Assembly: GCA_964247055.1 (NCBI GenBank)
Contig: OZ176053.1
Location: 6,820,001 to 6,884,000, forward strand
DNA from: Paragordius varius
Taxonomy: Eukaryota; Animalia; Nematomorpha
Reading direction: 5' to 3'
Length of the DNA stretch: 64,000 nt
This document shows, in pieces, positions 39,150-51,500 of the stretch. Made by a program: the position numbers and the translations under genes. The notes below the pieces were generated by a model that was given only the letters and a program-made list of their open reading frames with translations, searched no databases and had not been told where the DNA came from. Numbering within the stretch: position 1 is the stretch's first letter; each line of letters opens with the position of its first letter.

Positions 39150-42100
39150 TTAATAGACATCAAAATCCCACCTCCACCTCCGCGTGGTGATGTCCGGAAA
39201 CTTACACGATGTTTAAGGCCAACGGAGGAGGTCGATTTAAGAAAATCGTAGTCTTTTTAGACATTCTCTAGCCTGGTGCAGCGGTACCCTGACCTCTGAA
39301 TTAAAGAGGTTGGTTTATAAGGGCATATAATCCGTAAAACCTTGCCTCAATTACAAAACCATGAAGAAACGACTTACAAAAATGATTAATGATAATAAAA
39401 CCTCTATTTCAAAGCGAAATTTTAATTTTAATATAAATAATAATATATATTATGATAATGCTAGTACACCTATAAATACAAATTATATAAATAATGGAAA
39501 TAAAAATAATTCAAAAACAATAATAAATAAACCAGGTACAAATGAAAAATAAAATAAAAATGAGATACAAGAATCTAAATAAAAATCGGAACCATTTAAA
39601 ATTGGCTCTTGGAATGTTGAACAATGGTTAATAAGCAATGGCTGGTAATAGATACGGTGCGAAACTTAGATTTAAACATATGCTGTTTACAAGAAACTTG
39701 ATATAAAAGTGCAGGTATAAAACAATTTGATGGTTGTTCATTACTATACCAAGGTGGGAACAAAGGCCAATCTGGCGTAGCCATAATGATGAAAAATACA
39801 CATCGACAAAACCTAATTACCGTGAGTGATAGAATTATTCAAGCTAGAATGATATACAACAAATTGGTCCTTAATGTTATTTCCGTATATGCACCCCCAA
39901 AAAGGCTTGCCCGATAAATGCAAGCTGGAATTCTGGGATCAGCTCTATCAAATATGTTCCAATATACCCGAAACAGACTGCATAATGATTGGAGGAGATT
40001 TAAATGCACATGTTGGAAGCAGCGAAGGTTTTTCTGCTATACATGGAGGATACAACTTTAATAATCGGGACAAAGGAGAAAATGTCTTAGAATTCTGTGC
40101 AGCTCAGCGACTACAGTTAACAAACACTTTCTTCACCAAAAGCAAAAATAAACTGATTACATACACTTCTGGCAATAATAATACAACAATAGACTACATC
40201 CTAACTAGGCAACACATTGGAAAATATCTGGTAAATACAACCACTTATAATTCTCAAACACAGCATAAATTTTTAGCGTCAATTTTTAAATTTAACTCAA
40301 GGCCGTTCAATCATAAAACCAAACCTAGACTTAATATACACAAGTTTAAAAAACCTGATATAATGAAAAATTTCAAAAAGTCGATTAACTTAAACACTGA
40401 TAATCTAAACGTTGAAGACTCCTGGCAAAGTTTAAGAAGCAAAACGATTGAAAATGTAGAAAAATGGTGTGGTAGAAAAAAGAGCAAAGCCCAAAAGAAA
40501 TGGTGGTGGGACGATGCAATTAAGCCACTACTTAAAGAAAAGGCGCGTTTGTATAAAAAATGGAAGAAATCGAAAAGAGAATACGACAAAACTGAGTATT
40601 ACAATACAACAAAAAGGTACAAAAGGAAATAAATAAATTAATGAATGAAAAAGCTAAAGATACTGCCGATAAATTGGAAAAGGAAATCCAGAATAATAAA
40701 ATTTTTAAACAAATGAAACTTTACGATAATAACAAAAAAGATATACCAACGATTAATTGTATAAAAGATAATATTAATAATATACAGAAAATTAATTAAA
40801 TCCATATATGGAGCAAAATCTAAACAACCCTTTAACACCCATAATAAATTCTGACAGAGATCCCTGTTGTGGCCCATTAAGGACATTCACACAAGAAATT
40901 TAGATTGCTTTAGACCAAATGAAAAACAAGGCTTCGGGCCCTAGTGAACTATGTTTTGATATCATTAAATTAATACCCAATATTTCCATGCTTTTAACAA
41001 ATTTATTTAACAAAATAATAGTTGAAATGAAAATACCCACAGACTGGGAATAAAGCATTATATTTCCCATCTTTAAAAATAAAGGAGATCTAACCTGTTC
41101 CTCATACAGGCCCTTAAAACTTCTTGAACATGGGTTAAAATTTTTTGAAATGTGCCTCAAAAATAGTATCGTCCAGCTCATATCAATTAATCCAATGCAA
41201 TTCGCCTTTTCAGCGGGTAAAAGCACAATCGATCCAATTTTCTTACTCAGACAATTACAAGATAAATACCGAGCAAAATGTCTTAAACTATTCCACCTTT
41301 TTGTCGATTTAGAAAAGGCTTACGACTCAGTACCTAGAGCATTAATAGAACCACTGCGCTACAACAACGTAGATGAATATACAATTAAGTTAATTATGTT
41401 AAACTACACTAACTCAATATGTTGTGTTCTTACACCTGTTGGGAATTCAGAGTATTTTAGAATAAATACTGGGCTGCATATGGGGTCTGTGCTAAGCCCA
41501 CTTCTTTTTATAGTTTTAATTGATTACATAAAAAAAGATATTAGAAAAGGTCTGCCAAATGAAATTCTTTACGCAGAAGACCTTATAATCACTGCAGAAG
41601 ATATTTCAATACTCGAAAATAAATATCTAATATGGTCAAAACAATTACATAATCGCGGTCTTAAGATCAATACAAACAAAACCAAAATCTAATCACAGGA
41701 GTTGAACATAAAACTATAAAGTTCCCATGCCCAGTGTGCACCACTGAGGTAAAACTAAACTCACTTTGTTGAACAAAATAAAGAAATTAAGTCCATAAAA
41801 AATGTTCCAAAACATAAAAGGAAAGTTAATTAATAATAGTAATTTTATCTGCACACCATGTGCTTTATCAATACCACTGCCAATATCGAATACACGTACT
41901 TTAAACTTTAATGGAGACGAACTAGAAGTTGTAACATCTTTTCCATATCTGGGCGATTATATAGCATCTGATGGTTCTTTGAGGGATGCCATTTCTCATA
42001 AAATCAGACAAGGATGGGCAAACAATCAATTAAAATATATTTTAACTAATAAAAATAACAAATCGAATCATAAGATAAAGATTTACAAAATGGGAATAAG

Positions 42101-42545
42101 ACCAGCTATGAAATACGGTACAGAAACCTGGGCCCTTACAGCAACAAACTTAAATAGACTTACTAGAGCTGAAAATCACATGCTCAAAATCTGCAACAAT
42201 AATTTTGATAATACCATAGAAGAAGATGAACCCATAGCTCTATTTCAGCGCAATCGATTGCGATATTACGGACATATTCAACGTATGAATTCCGATAACT
42301 GGGTACAAAAAATACAACATTTAAATATACCCGGCTCAAACAGAAAAGGCCGCCCTAAACTCACATGGTCCAAACAGCTGACCCAAGATCTATCACACTT
42401 CAAATTGAACACGAACAAGTCTTTGATAGAACATTGTTCAGAAAACTCGTGCATGAAAACCCCAGATACCCTGAAACCTAAAATGGATGGATGGATGGAT
42501 ATCATGATTAATACAGACACCTTACAAAAAAAATAAAAATTAACA
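39150..42545 (+). mobile_element. Near full-length, inactivated RTE-clade LINE (APE endonuclease + reverse transcriptase)
   Basis: APE motifs IGSWNV, VISVYAPQ, IGGDLNAHVG, TNTFF and IDYILT. RT motifs KASGP, SYRP, FVDLEKAYDSVPR, GLHMGSVLSPLLF and YAED (for YADD). C-terminal YLGD, RPAMKYGTETW, RLRYYGHI and GRPKLTW. Multiple stops and frameshifts, and an A-rich 3' end near 42527-42552. The 5' limit is approximate. Confidence 0.92.
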
Positions 42546-42559
42546 AAAAATAATTTTTT

Positions 42560-43126
42560 CACTAGAAGGTTCACAAAATGGTGGCATGCAAAAAGCAACC
42601 TGATAATGATGAAGCGTTTGACCATAATGAGTTTTATATAATAATTTGTCTATGAATGTAAAGCCTACATACTTGCAATGCAAGGCAGCATTTTATAAAG
42701 TCATCAATGTTAATCATATTTTTCCGCTGGCGATCAAATTTGACAAACAATAATTGGTATATATTGTCGCTCAAACGAAACCTTTAATTATTATTTTAAA
42801 TAATCCTTGCGATTGTAATAAGTGTTTAAGTTCATCCTTAGATATAGAACCACTTTTATCCTTATATTTGGAAAATTTTTTGCCAATCATTAATATAATT
42901 TCTAAATTGTCCTCTGTAATTTTGATCAAATTTGCACATGAGCATTTTTATAGTTTCCATATGAAATAACTCCCACGTCCCTTATATTAAAAATGTAAAT
43001 ACGATTTGATAAACATTGCTGTAATTCGGTACAACTTATTAATCCATTCCCATCTTATCAACGCTATTGTATTTTTACAAATATTTACTGATTAAAAATG
43101 CTTTTCAATTGAGAATCATATGACAT
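42560..43126 (-). pseudogene. PDCD6: PDCD6/ALG-2-like penta-EF-hand pseudogene with 22-25 nt introns
   Basis: The reconstruction reads MSYDSQLKSIFN|HVDK(fs)GNGLISCTELQQCLSN|RTWELFHMETIKMLMCKFD..YINDWQKIFQ(fs)KDKSGSISKDELKHLLQSQ|G(fs)RLSDNIYQLLFVKFDRQRKNMINIDDFIKCCLALQ|. This matches ALG-2 motifs VDKDRSG..ELQQALSNGTW, YITDWQNVF and KFDRQGRGQI.FDDFIQ.C..LQ. It carries frameshifts and an ~10-codon deletion. The last exon is degenerate, so the 3' boundary is approximate. Confidence 0.8.
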
Positions 43127-45505
43127 TTTAAAATACGTTCACTTTTCAGCGTGTAACAATTTTCACCCATTTAGCATCTTCCCAATACTCATATAACTCA
43201 CGGTACCCGACAATTGGTTTACCAATTTTACGAAGGGGTACACTCCGTTCTATCCTTATCAACATAAAACGGCGGTCTAGTATTACACCACAGTTTTAAC
43301 TCTTCCCTCGTATATAACGATTTTATGAAATCGGTTATTCAATAATATTTTTATCATATCAGTTTATAAATTCGAAAATAAGGCCTAATTTAAACATATT
43401 TTACCAATATAATGTTATGTCCCTTTTAAGAGCTAATAACAGTGGTACTTGAACCTCAGCTCCCGAAATACATGCCACCCTAAGTGTTCTATGCGCCTAA
43501 ATTTATTTTATTTTTTGAAGTACTAATTAAATGTTTTGATATTTGTCTGTATCAAACAGCTATGCAAAAAGTACACCAAAAAATAAAGGGCTTAAAAATT
43601 TATCTTGTCTCAAAGGGCGTGCACCATATAATACCGATAATAGTTGTTTTGGGTGGAGTGAATAAAAAAAGGAAACCCTTTAAGTGTTTCCTATGCTCAC
43701 TTTTTCAAAGAAAGGGTTTCCTTATAATTTGTCTAAAAAACACATCTGATTTACTTTCCTTAAACCAAATAACATGCCAAAAAAAGGAAAATAGATAGCT
43801 CTCCTAATAAACTAACCTATTAATATTTAATATTTTAGATATCCCATAGTTTTAAATAAATCTATGGTCCGTATTAATAAAAAAAATAATCTTCAAAAGG
43901 AACTCTACCATAAGAAATGAGATTTGTTAAAAAGTTCACCCCAAAAACTAGCTTTTTGATGCCCGGGATCTGCGGGAAAGATTATTGAATCGTAGAATTT
44001 CATTTCAGATAATTGATATGCCTGTTTTATATGTTCTGCTGTTTCTTATCTAGGATCGTAGAGCAAACATTTAATTTCTACACTGTATTCCAAATATACT
44101 TAAAAAATCTAAAATATATTAAAATTAATTTGAAGCTTGAAATTCTAATTGCCTTGTTTGATCCTCTATCGATTGTAATTAAATTTATAAATATTAAGGA
44201 TGGTATTTAGCATCCTTAAAAATATGTAGGGTTTCCTTTAATAAATTTTTTTATTCACTTGAAAACAAGTGTTTCCTTAAAAATCTAATGTTAATTTTTT
44301 AGGGTTAGCTTTTTATTCACTCCCTAAGGAATCTCTTAAAAAAACTAAGGAAAGAGTGTTACCTTTTTTTATTCATTCCACCCATTAGATTTTTACACTC
44401 AAAATAAATACATCAATTTTTTATCTAAATAATTAGCATAAGCTGTACAATATATTTCGTTGTAGGGTGAACGACCCTTGAGGCATGATAATAATTTTTG
44501 TAGCCCTTTTTGGGACTACCACTGATCAATAATAATATATATCCATAAATTTGGTATTGCCGTGATTTGTATATGAACTACATGTGACGGAATATAATGG
44601 CCAAATATACTACCTAAACAAAGCTTTTAAATGACCAGATAATGCTAACAGTGATTATGCTTCCACATCGATTATACTTAATACATAGTTTAATCAAGAA
44701 TTAAGTGAATGACTAATTATTATTATAGAAGACGGTGCAAAATTCATATAATATTAACTGATTGTTTAAATGAGTGAATTACCTTAATATTGTTAATATA
44801 CGTTTTTTCAGATGGAAAACATATTTTTATTGCTTTTGAATGCAGTTCGCAGCATTTTCTATGCTTTTCATTATTAACTTTTTTTATATTAAGGCATTAA
44901 GTCTTTTTTAGTGTTTCTATTTGGTGCAAAGATGTAAAATACTATTTTTTGCACCTTCTTTGCTTCGCCCCCAGGTCAGCCTATCTATCAAATATTCTTT
45001 TTATAAAAGCCTGGATTTTTTAAAATGAAAAAGTAGCAATAATGCTAATTATCAGGTTTTCTTTTTAATCTTGCCAGTATTGCAAATATTTGGATTTTAT
45101 AAACCACAATTAGGTCCATTTTATATGGGAACTTATTTCGTGATCAGTTAATAATTATATTATTTTAACAGTAATTTGGGATCCATTCTCATATTTTATA
45201 CACTTTAATTAGTTCATCTTTCGTTTTATTATATTTATATATGCAGAGTTGTATACACAGTAATTTATTAACTTTTTAATTATTATTTTTTGTCAAAGTT
45301 TAAAATTGTACTTATACATATTCAAATTTTATTGGAATGCACACACCATAAACTTTTGATATTCCTTACATCTTTTTGGGGCTGAAACACACTGATTAAC
45401 AAACCAACCCCTTGATAACTTATTTTTCATAACAATTTTATTGGGTAATATTCAAAACTATTTGAAAATAAATTTATTATTTCCAATATGTGATCACGTA
45501 CATAA

Positions 45506-48500
45506 TTATATATAATTACAATCCAAAGAGGCTACAGGCTTTTTGCACAAAAAACTGTCGTAATACGGTTCAAAGTTTTGTAAACTCAAACTAACTCTAA
45601 AATTATTAAATGATATATATATATTAGTACAAAATAGAAATATGTGGTATGTAGCAAAATTATTTCGTTTCAAACCTGTCAGCGTAAGGTAAGTGTTCGT
45701 CAATAGATGGCATAAGATCTTGGAAATACGTCTTTGTAATTGAGCATGTATACTATCGATATATACAAAATATTTATAGAGGATAAAACGTATAATATAT
45801 TTTTTTTAGATGTAACTGTACAAAATATGTATATTCCTAAGTTGGGCAAACAAAAAAATAATTTATTTCTCATAAAAAATAAAAAGACCCACATAACCAA
45901 TATGGGCTGGCTATATGAAAATTTATATATTAAAATATAAATAACATTAATAAATAAATATTAAAAATTATGGGCTTACCCGCGAAAAATCTAACAAAAA
46001 TTGGCGATTTATGTTAGATATGTCCTGTTTTGTGTAATTGATGGTTTTCAATATGGCCTAAAATCATTAATAAAAAAAATAGATTATTATATTAAAAATG
46101 AAATCTTAACAATTTTTAGATTCCGAAAAAATGAGGTCACTGCATATGGTAGGTATAAAGAAGTTTTACTATAAAATTTATTTACAAAAATTAAAATGGC
46201 GAAAACCCAAATCGATCGATATAATAAAATAAATAAATTTCGTGTGTATTAATAAACTTCAACATTTCAAATTGTAGCGCCCAATTCGCAAAAATCAGAT
46301 TTTATAAACTTTCAAATAGTTTTTAAAAAATTTGAAGTTTGTTTACGAGAATTTTAACGTGAATATTCAACTAAGGATTAAATTTGGATATAGCACTGAG
46401 TTTTTACACCATTTCTTAAAAATACATATAAAAATTGGGCTCTTGAAACGGACGAAAAATAAAATAAGCATTTTAAGTAAATTTTATAACAAAATAAATA
46501 AATTAAATTTAAATAAAGCTTTACGATCCGTGAAACCTATGGAATGTAATTGAAAAACTATGTGTAAATTTTTTATTTTTTTTATGAGCTCTATGTAAAT
46601 ATTATCTTTTCTAACTACATTTATATATCTCACTATTCGTTGTGATAATACACTGATGAGAGCTATATAGATGTCGACATATTATAATGGCTACGAGGTA
46701 GTTGAGTTAAATGTCTCTTGCTATGTAAATTTTAATTGAACACTGTTTTTTTCCACAATCGTGGCTACTGACATGTTAATTAAATAGCTTTTAGCCATTT
46801 AAGATCCCACATGTCCTTAATGTAATAATAAATTTTTTTTCAAATTTATGGTTTATCCAATATATGCTTTTATGAATATTAGTAAAATAGGATATGCATT
46901 CGGTTGATTATTTACTCATTAAAATGACACGGATTAAAAACCGTTTTTATGAAACCGAAACCACCACATGCCTTTCTGTTTAAAATTTTAAGATACGGTT
47001 TTGGAACCTATTTTATAAATAAAACCGCATTTCAAACCTTTTATTTTTTTGAATGTTTTTTATTTAAAAATTTTCCATGCAATACTGAACCACTTTTCAA
47101 TCGATCTAATTTATAATAATTTTCAATTTTCCAGAAGAGTAGTTACAATGTTTTCTAGCTTTAAAATGACATTTTATCCACATTGTATATTATTGTGATA
47201 TAAATATACCAAGCAGGTATTAGAATCAAACTTTTTTTGACAAAAACTCTTTGAAATCAAAACTAAAGACTAAAAACTGACTTAGAAAAAAACTTAAAAT
47301 ATTATTACTAGAATAAATAAACTATACTAAAAACACTAACTTGGTAAGCTATGCGTAACCCATAATAATCCGCCAATGATTCATCCAACACATAAGTTGT
47401 AATCTATTCACATTACATATATAATAGTTTAATCATTTGTAATCAATATGATTTATATTACTAGACAACTAATTTTGACTTTTTTTTGTGCCATTCTTGT
47501 AAATTTAAAATTTAATTTGTTAAAGTACATAAATAGTATATGGAAAAAGAAATTGGTCTAACTCCTAACAATTGTTTCATCGGGTTTATTAATAATTTTC
47601 GGCCCGATTTAACGTTAAAGTTAAAAATATAAATATTTAAAGTTTTAGATATACAGCCATGTACAGTAATTGTTAATTTTTGATATCAAGAATATTTTTT
47701 TAATCCCTGTGGCATTTTTTTATCCTTTTATAAGTTTTTGCACAAGTATATAAAAAATCATTTACATATATATTTAAATGTACATACATGTCCCTTTTCG
47801 GTACACATATATGAGAGACATTAACATTGTTGCAATATGTTCCCCTTCTCGCTACATATTTTATTATAGAAATGGTAACATTGCATATGTGTTGTGCCTA
47901 ATTCATTAAATAATTTTTTAGGTTTTATACATAATTTTTTTATAAAAAATTAAGTTTTATTAATTAAGATATTTCAGAAAATCATAACTGATATTATATA
48001 AGACTATAAAAAAATATATTTGAAATTAACATATAAATCGCTTATGTGCGTAATAAAACTTGTATTATACAAATTTAAATATTGATTTGATACTGACTTT
48101 TTTTGAAAACACTATATCACCTAAAATTAGTTAAATGTCGACAAAAAATGGTAAAATAATATCATTTATAATTATTTTACAAGTGGTAATTTATTTATGC
48201 AAACATTTTCAATTTTTTTGGTGTGCTCATAATATTTAAGAAAATGAATGTGCTAAATATTTTCAAGAATTTGCACATTGAAATGGCATCTTTCCTGACT
48301 TTTTTTGATCCTGGAGTCTGGGTTATTAATGTGTTCCCATAGTTTGAATCTAATGTAGATGGCAAACTTACATCTATATTAAATTGTTAAAAACTTAATA
48401 TTTTATACAAAAAATTATATATCAGACTTATAAATTAATAATCAAAGTATGCACAACACATAACATACTGATTAATACCTAATTTTATAAAAAAATTATT

Positions 48501-51500
48501 TATCAAACCTAAGTAAGCACAACACATATGCAATATTACTAGTTCTCTAATGAGATATGTAGCGAGGGGGACATATTGCAATGTTAATATATCTCTCATA
48601 TATGTGTACCGAAAAGGGACATGTAAGTACATTTAAATATATATGTAAATGTTATTTTTATATACTTGTACAACAACTTATAAAAGGATAAAAAAATGCC
48701 ACAGAGATTAAAAAAAATATTCTTGATATTAAACATTAACAATTACTATTTTATATCATTCGAAAGAGCGCGAAAAACTGTATCTTTCATATGGTAGCTG
48801 GTCATTTAAATCGATCTTATATAAAAGTCATTTGGGTTCATATAGTCAAAGAGCCCTTTTATATTTTCACAGACAAAAAAATTTAACAATCATATAAATT
48901 TTTTGATATAATTATTAGGGTTACATTAGTAAAAAAATCTTTAAAAAGGCTTTTGGTTTGCCATTGCAATAAATATTATTAACACAAAAATTATTTTACC
49001 TAGTGGATACTAAAAGGCATTGTTGAAACTGTAAATTTATTAATCTTAACCTTAAACTCTGCTTTAATCTTTGAAATTTCGAAATTATAAGTTCACAAAA
49101 GAAAATAAATTAATATGAATGATGTGGTAAAGAACAAAGCTCTCACTTTGCGCGTTTGCTTTATATGTCCAATATTAACAACCGATGTAAAACATATTAT
49201 TAGTATGCATTTTATAGAGTTTTTATTGCTCTTTGATGAATTATAAATGGGCATATCGTATAGTTTCAAAGAAAAACATTTTTTAGTAAAATATAAAGAT
49301 AGCGCTAAATCAAAAAAAACCAAATTTTAAAAAAGTTTTAAGGTGGAATTATAATTTTATTTCAGATTTACTGTTAAATTGATAGTATATATCAGAAAAT
49401 GCAAAAAAACTCGATGGCAGAATAATTTGTTGTCTAGTGTAATTGTATGCCCTTAATAGGAATATACCGCTTTGATATTGTTAACATACGGTTTCATTAA
49501 TTGTTTGAAGCAGTTTATTGATAGGATGGAGGTGTTGTTGGATTCTTCCAAAATCACTAACAAATAATTAAAAGACATGGATTTATCGAAATTTCAAACT
49601 AATTTGATTTGTGATTAATTTTCGTATTAGACTTAAGTTGTATCCAATAAATAAGTACCATACCATTATTGATTAAATGCATCATTTCATGTGAAATAAG
49701 AGTTCCAACCTTAGCAAACTTAGATATTTCTGAATCGTTAGTATCATAAAGATATCCTTGAAGCATTCCCCATCCCACAACTAAAAGTTTGTTTAAGTAA
49801 TAAATATTAACTCCTCGCTGATAACAGGTTGTAAAAATATTTATGAAACATGTCAAAATAATATTTAATAGAAGGGGAAATTATAATACTGTTGTATTAT
49901 AAAATTAGTATTTGAGATATCTGAAATCAAGGAATTATTTTAAACATCTCCAATTAGTATTCGGAATAAAAAAATTGGATTTATAAAAAAATAATAAAAT
50001 CCCAACAAAACATAATTTTTAAACAATTTTATGGCTTAATAATTATTTAAGCTTATATAAATCCATATTCTCCACCAAAATAATACTATATATAATTTAT
50101 GTATACCAACTTGATTAAAATTTTAGATGATTTCTAATTTACCAGCTGTGCATTAACTTGTGTCGCGGTGACTTAGTGGAAAATATTATTAGTAAATGGA
50201 TAATATATTTGATTTGCGACAAATTGAAAAAGAAGTCTTAAACCCGATTTTGTTTAAAGGAACCTTCTGATAATTTTTTAAAAAAAATTTCACCTCAAAC
50301 GCCTAGAACAACTTACTTATTGTAAAGTATAGCGGTTGAAAATTGCAGAGCATATGTTATAATTTGATAAAGACATATTTTTTAGGTAAGGCCTTAGCCA
50401 ATATTTAAAAATTTAAAATGTTTGCTTTTATTTTAAAATTAGCCAAAACTCTAATATAATTTTTATCGTTTTAGGTTACTAAAGGCTTCAATGTTGCGCT
50501 AATATGGTAGCGAATTTTACAGAGAGTAGAGCCCTACTCTCCTAATTTAAAGGGCTGGTTAAAATCTTTGCCTTCTGTTCAGAGAAGATTAGCATGGCCC
50601 CTTTGGCTTTTAAATTATCATCACTAGTGATTTTATCTCTTAACCTGGGCGAAAATTTCCTTTGAAAATTTTATTTGGCTAAATTTTAAAAAAGTCAACC
50701 ATGTCGTATTAATAAATTTAAAATTTATTATCAAAGTTAAAGGATCCCACCCGTTTTTTCAGAAAGGGCGACACGATTAGGCTTTGTATATAAAAAAAAC
50801 TCTTATTTTTATACGAAGTAGTTAACTGAGGGCCTTAACACTTCGATTCAAACTGGGACATCTAAATACCCCAGACTAAATTTGAATTAGAATTTTTAAA
50901 AAACTACTGAAGGAAACGGTCCTAATTTAAATTTATGCTTCTATCCTAATATAAATTATATAAATATGCCAAAATATCTAAATAAAATTTTGTTTTGAAA
51001 AGTTCCATGTCAAACTACTTCGACGCCATTTTCATTTTACAAATTTTTGCATCGTCTTCATTTAATTTGGTAAAATTAAAGCTAATTTTTTATTTAAATT
51101 ACATGTAACATTGATAGAAATGGAGCGGTTTATTTTGTATTATTTTTCAATTCACCATTGCACACATGTCACGTTGACTGAATTTTTACCTTTCGGTATG
51201 AGCTTAAAATTAGTAATATTAAGTATTTTTGAATAAATTTTTTTATGTGTTTCGGTTTATTAATGTTATATAAGAGCAAAATTTTGCCATGTTTTCGATT
51301 TCTTCCATATTTTTTAAAGAATTTAATTTTAAACAGGCCTGGGGTATTTAACTACCCCAATTTGAATCAAAGGCCTTATATGAATTTGTTGTATCCAAGT
51401 GTTAAGTGAAATATTAAAATCATAAACGAAACTTTTTTGAACACATAAAGGTAAAATTTGGATTGAAAAATAAAAATAGAACACCTACCAATCGTATTGC

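Noticed and set aside
42800-42900. Ciliate genetic code (TAA/TAG = Gln) explaining the stops in the PDCD6-like locus
   Set aside because: The defects are frameshifts. Reading TAA as Gln does not restore the EF-hand sequence.
43651-44386. ~30-bp inverted repeat pair suggesting another MITE
   Set aside because: The true ends and TSD could not be defined.
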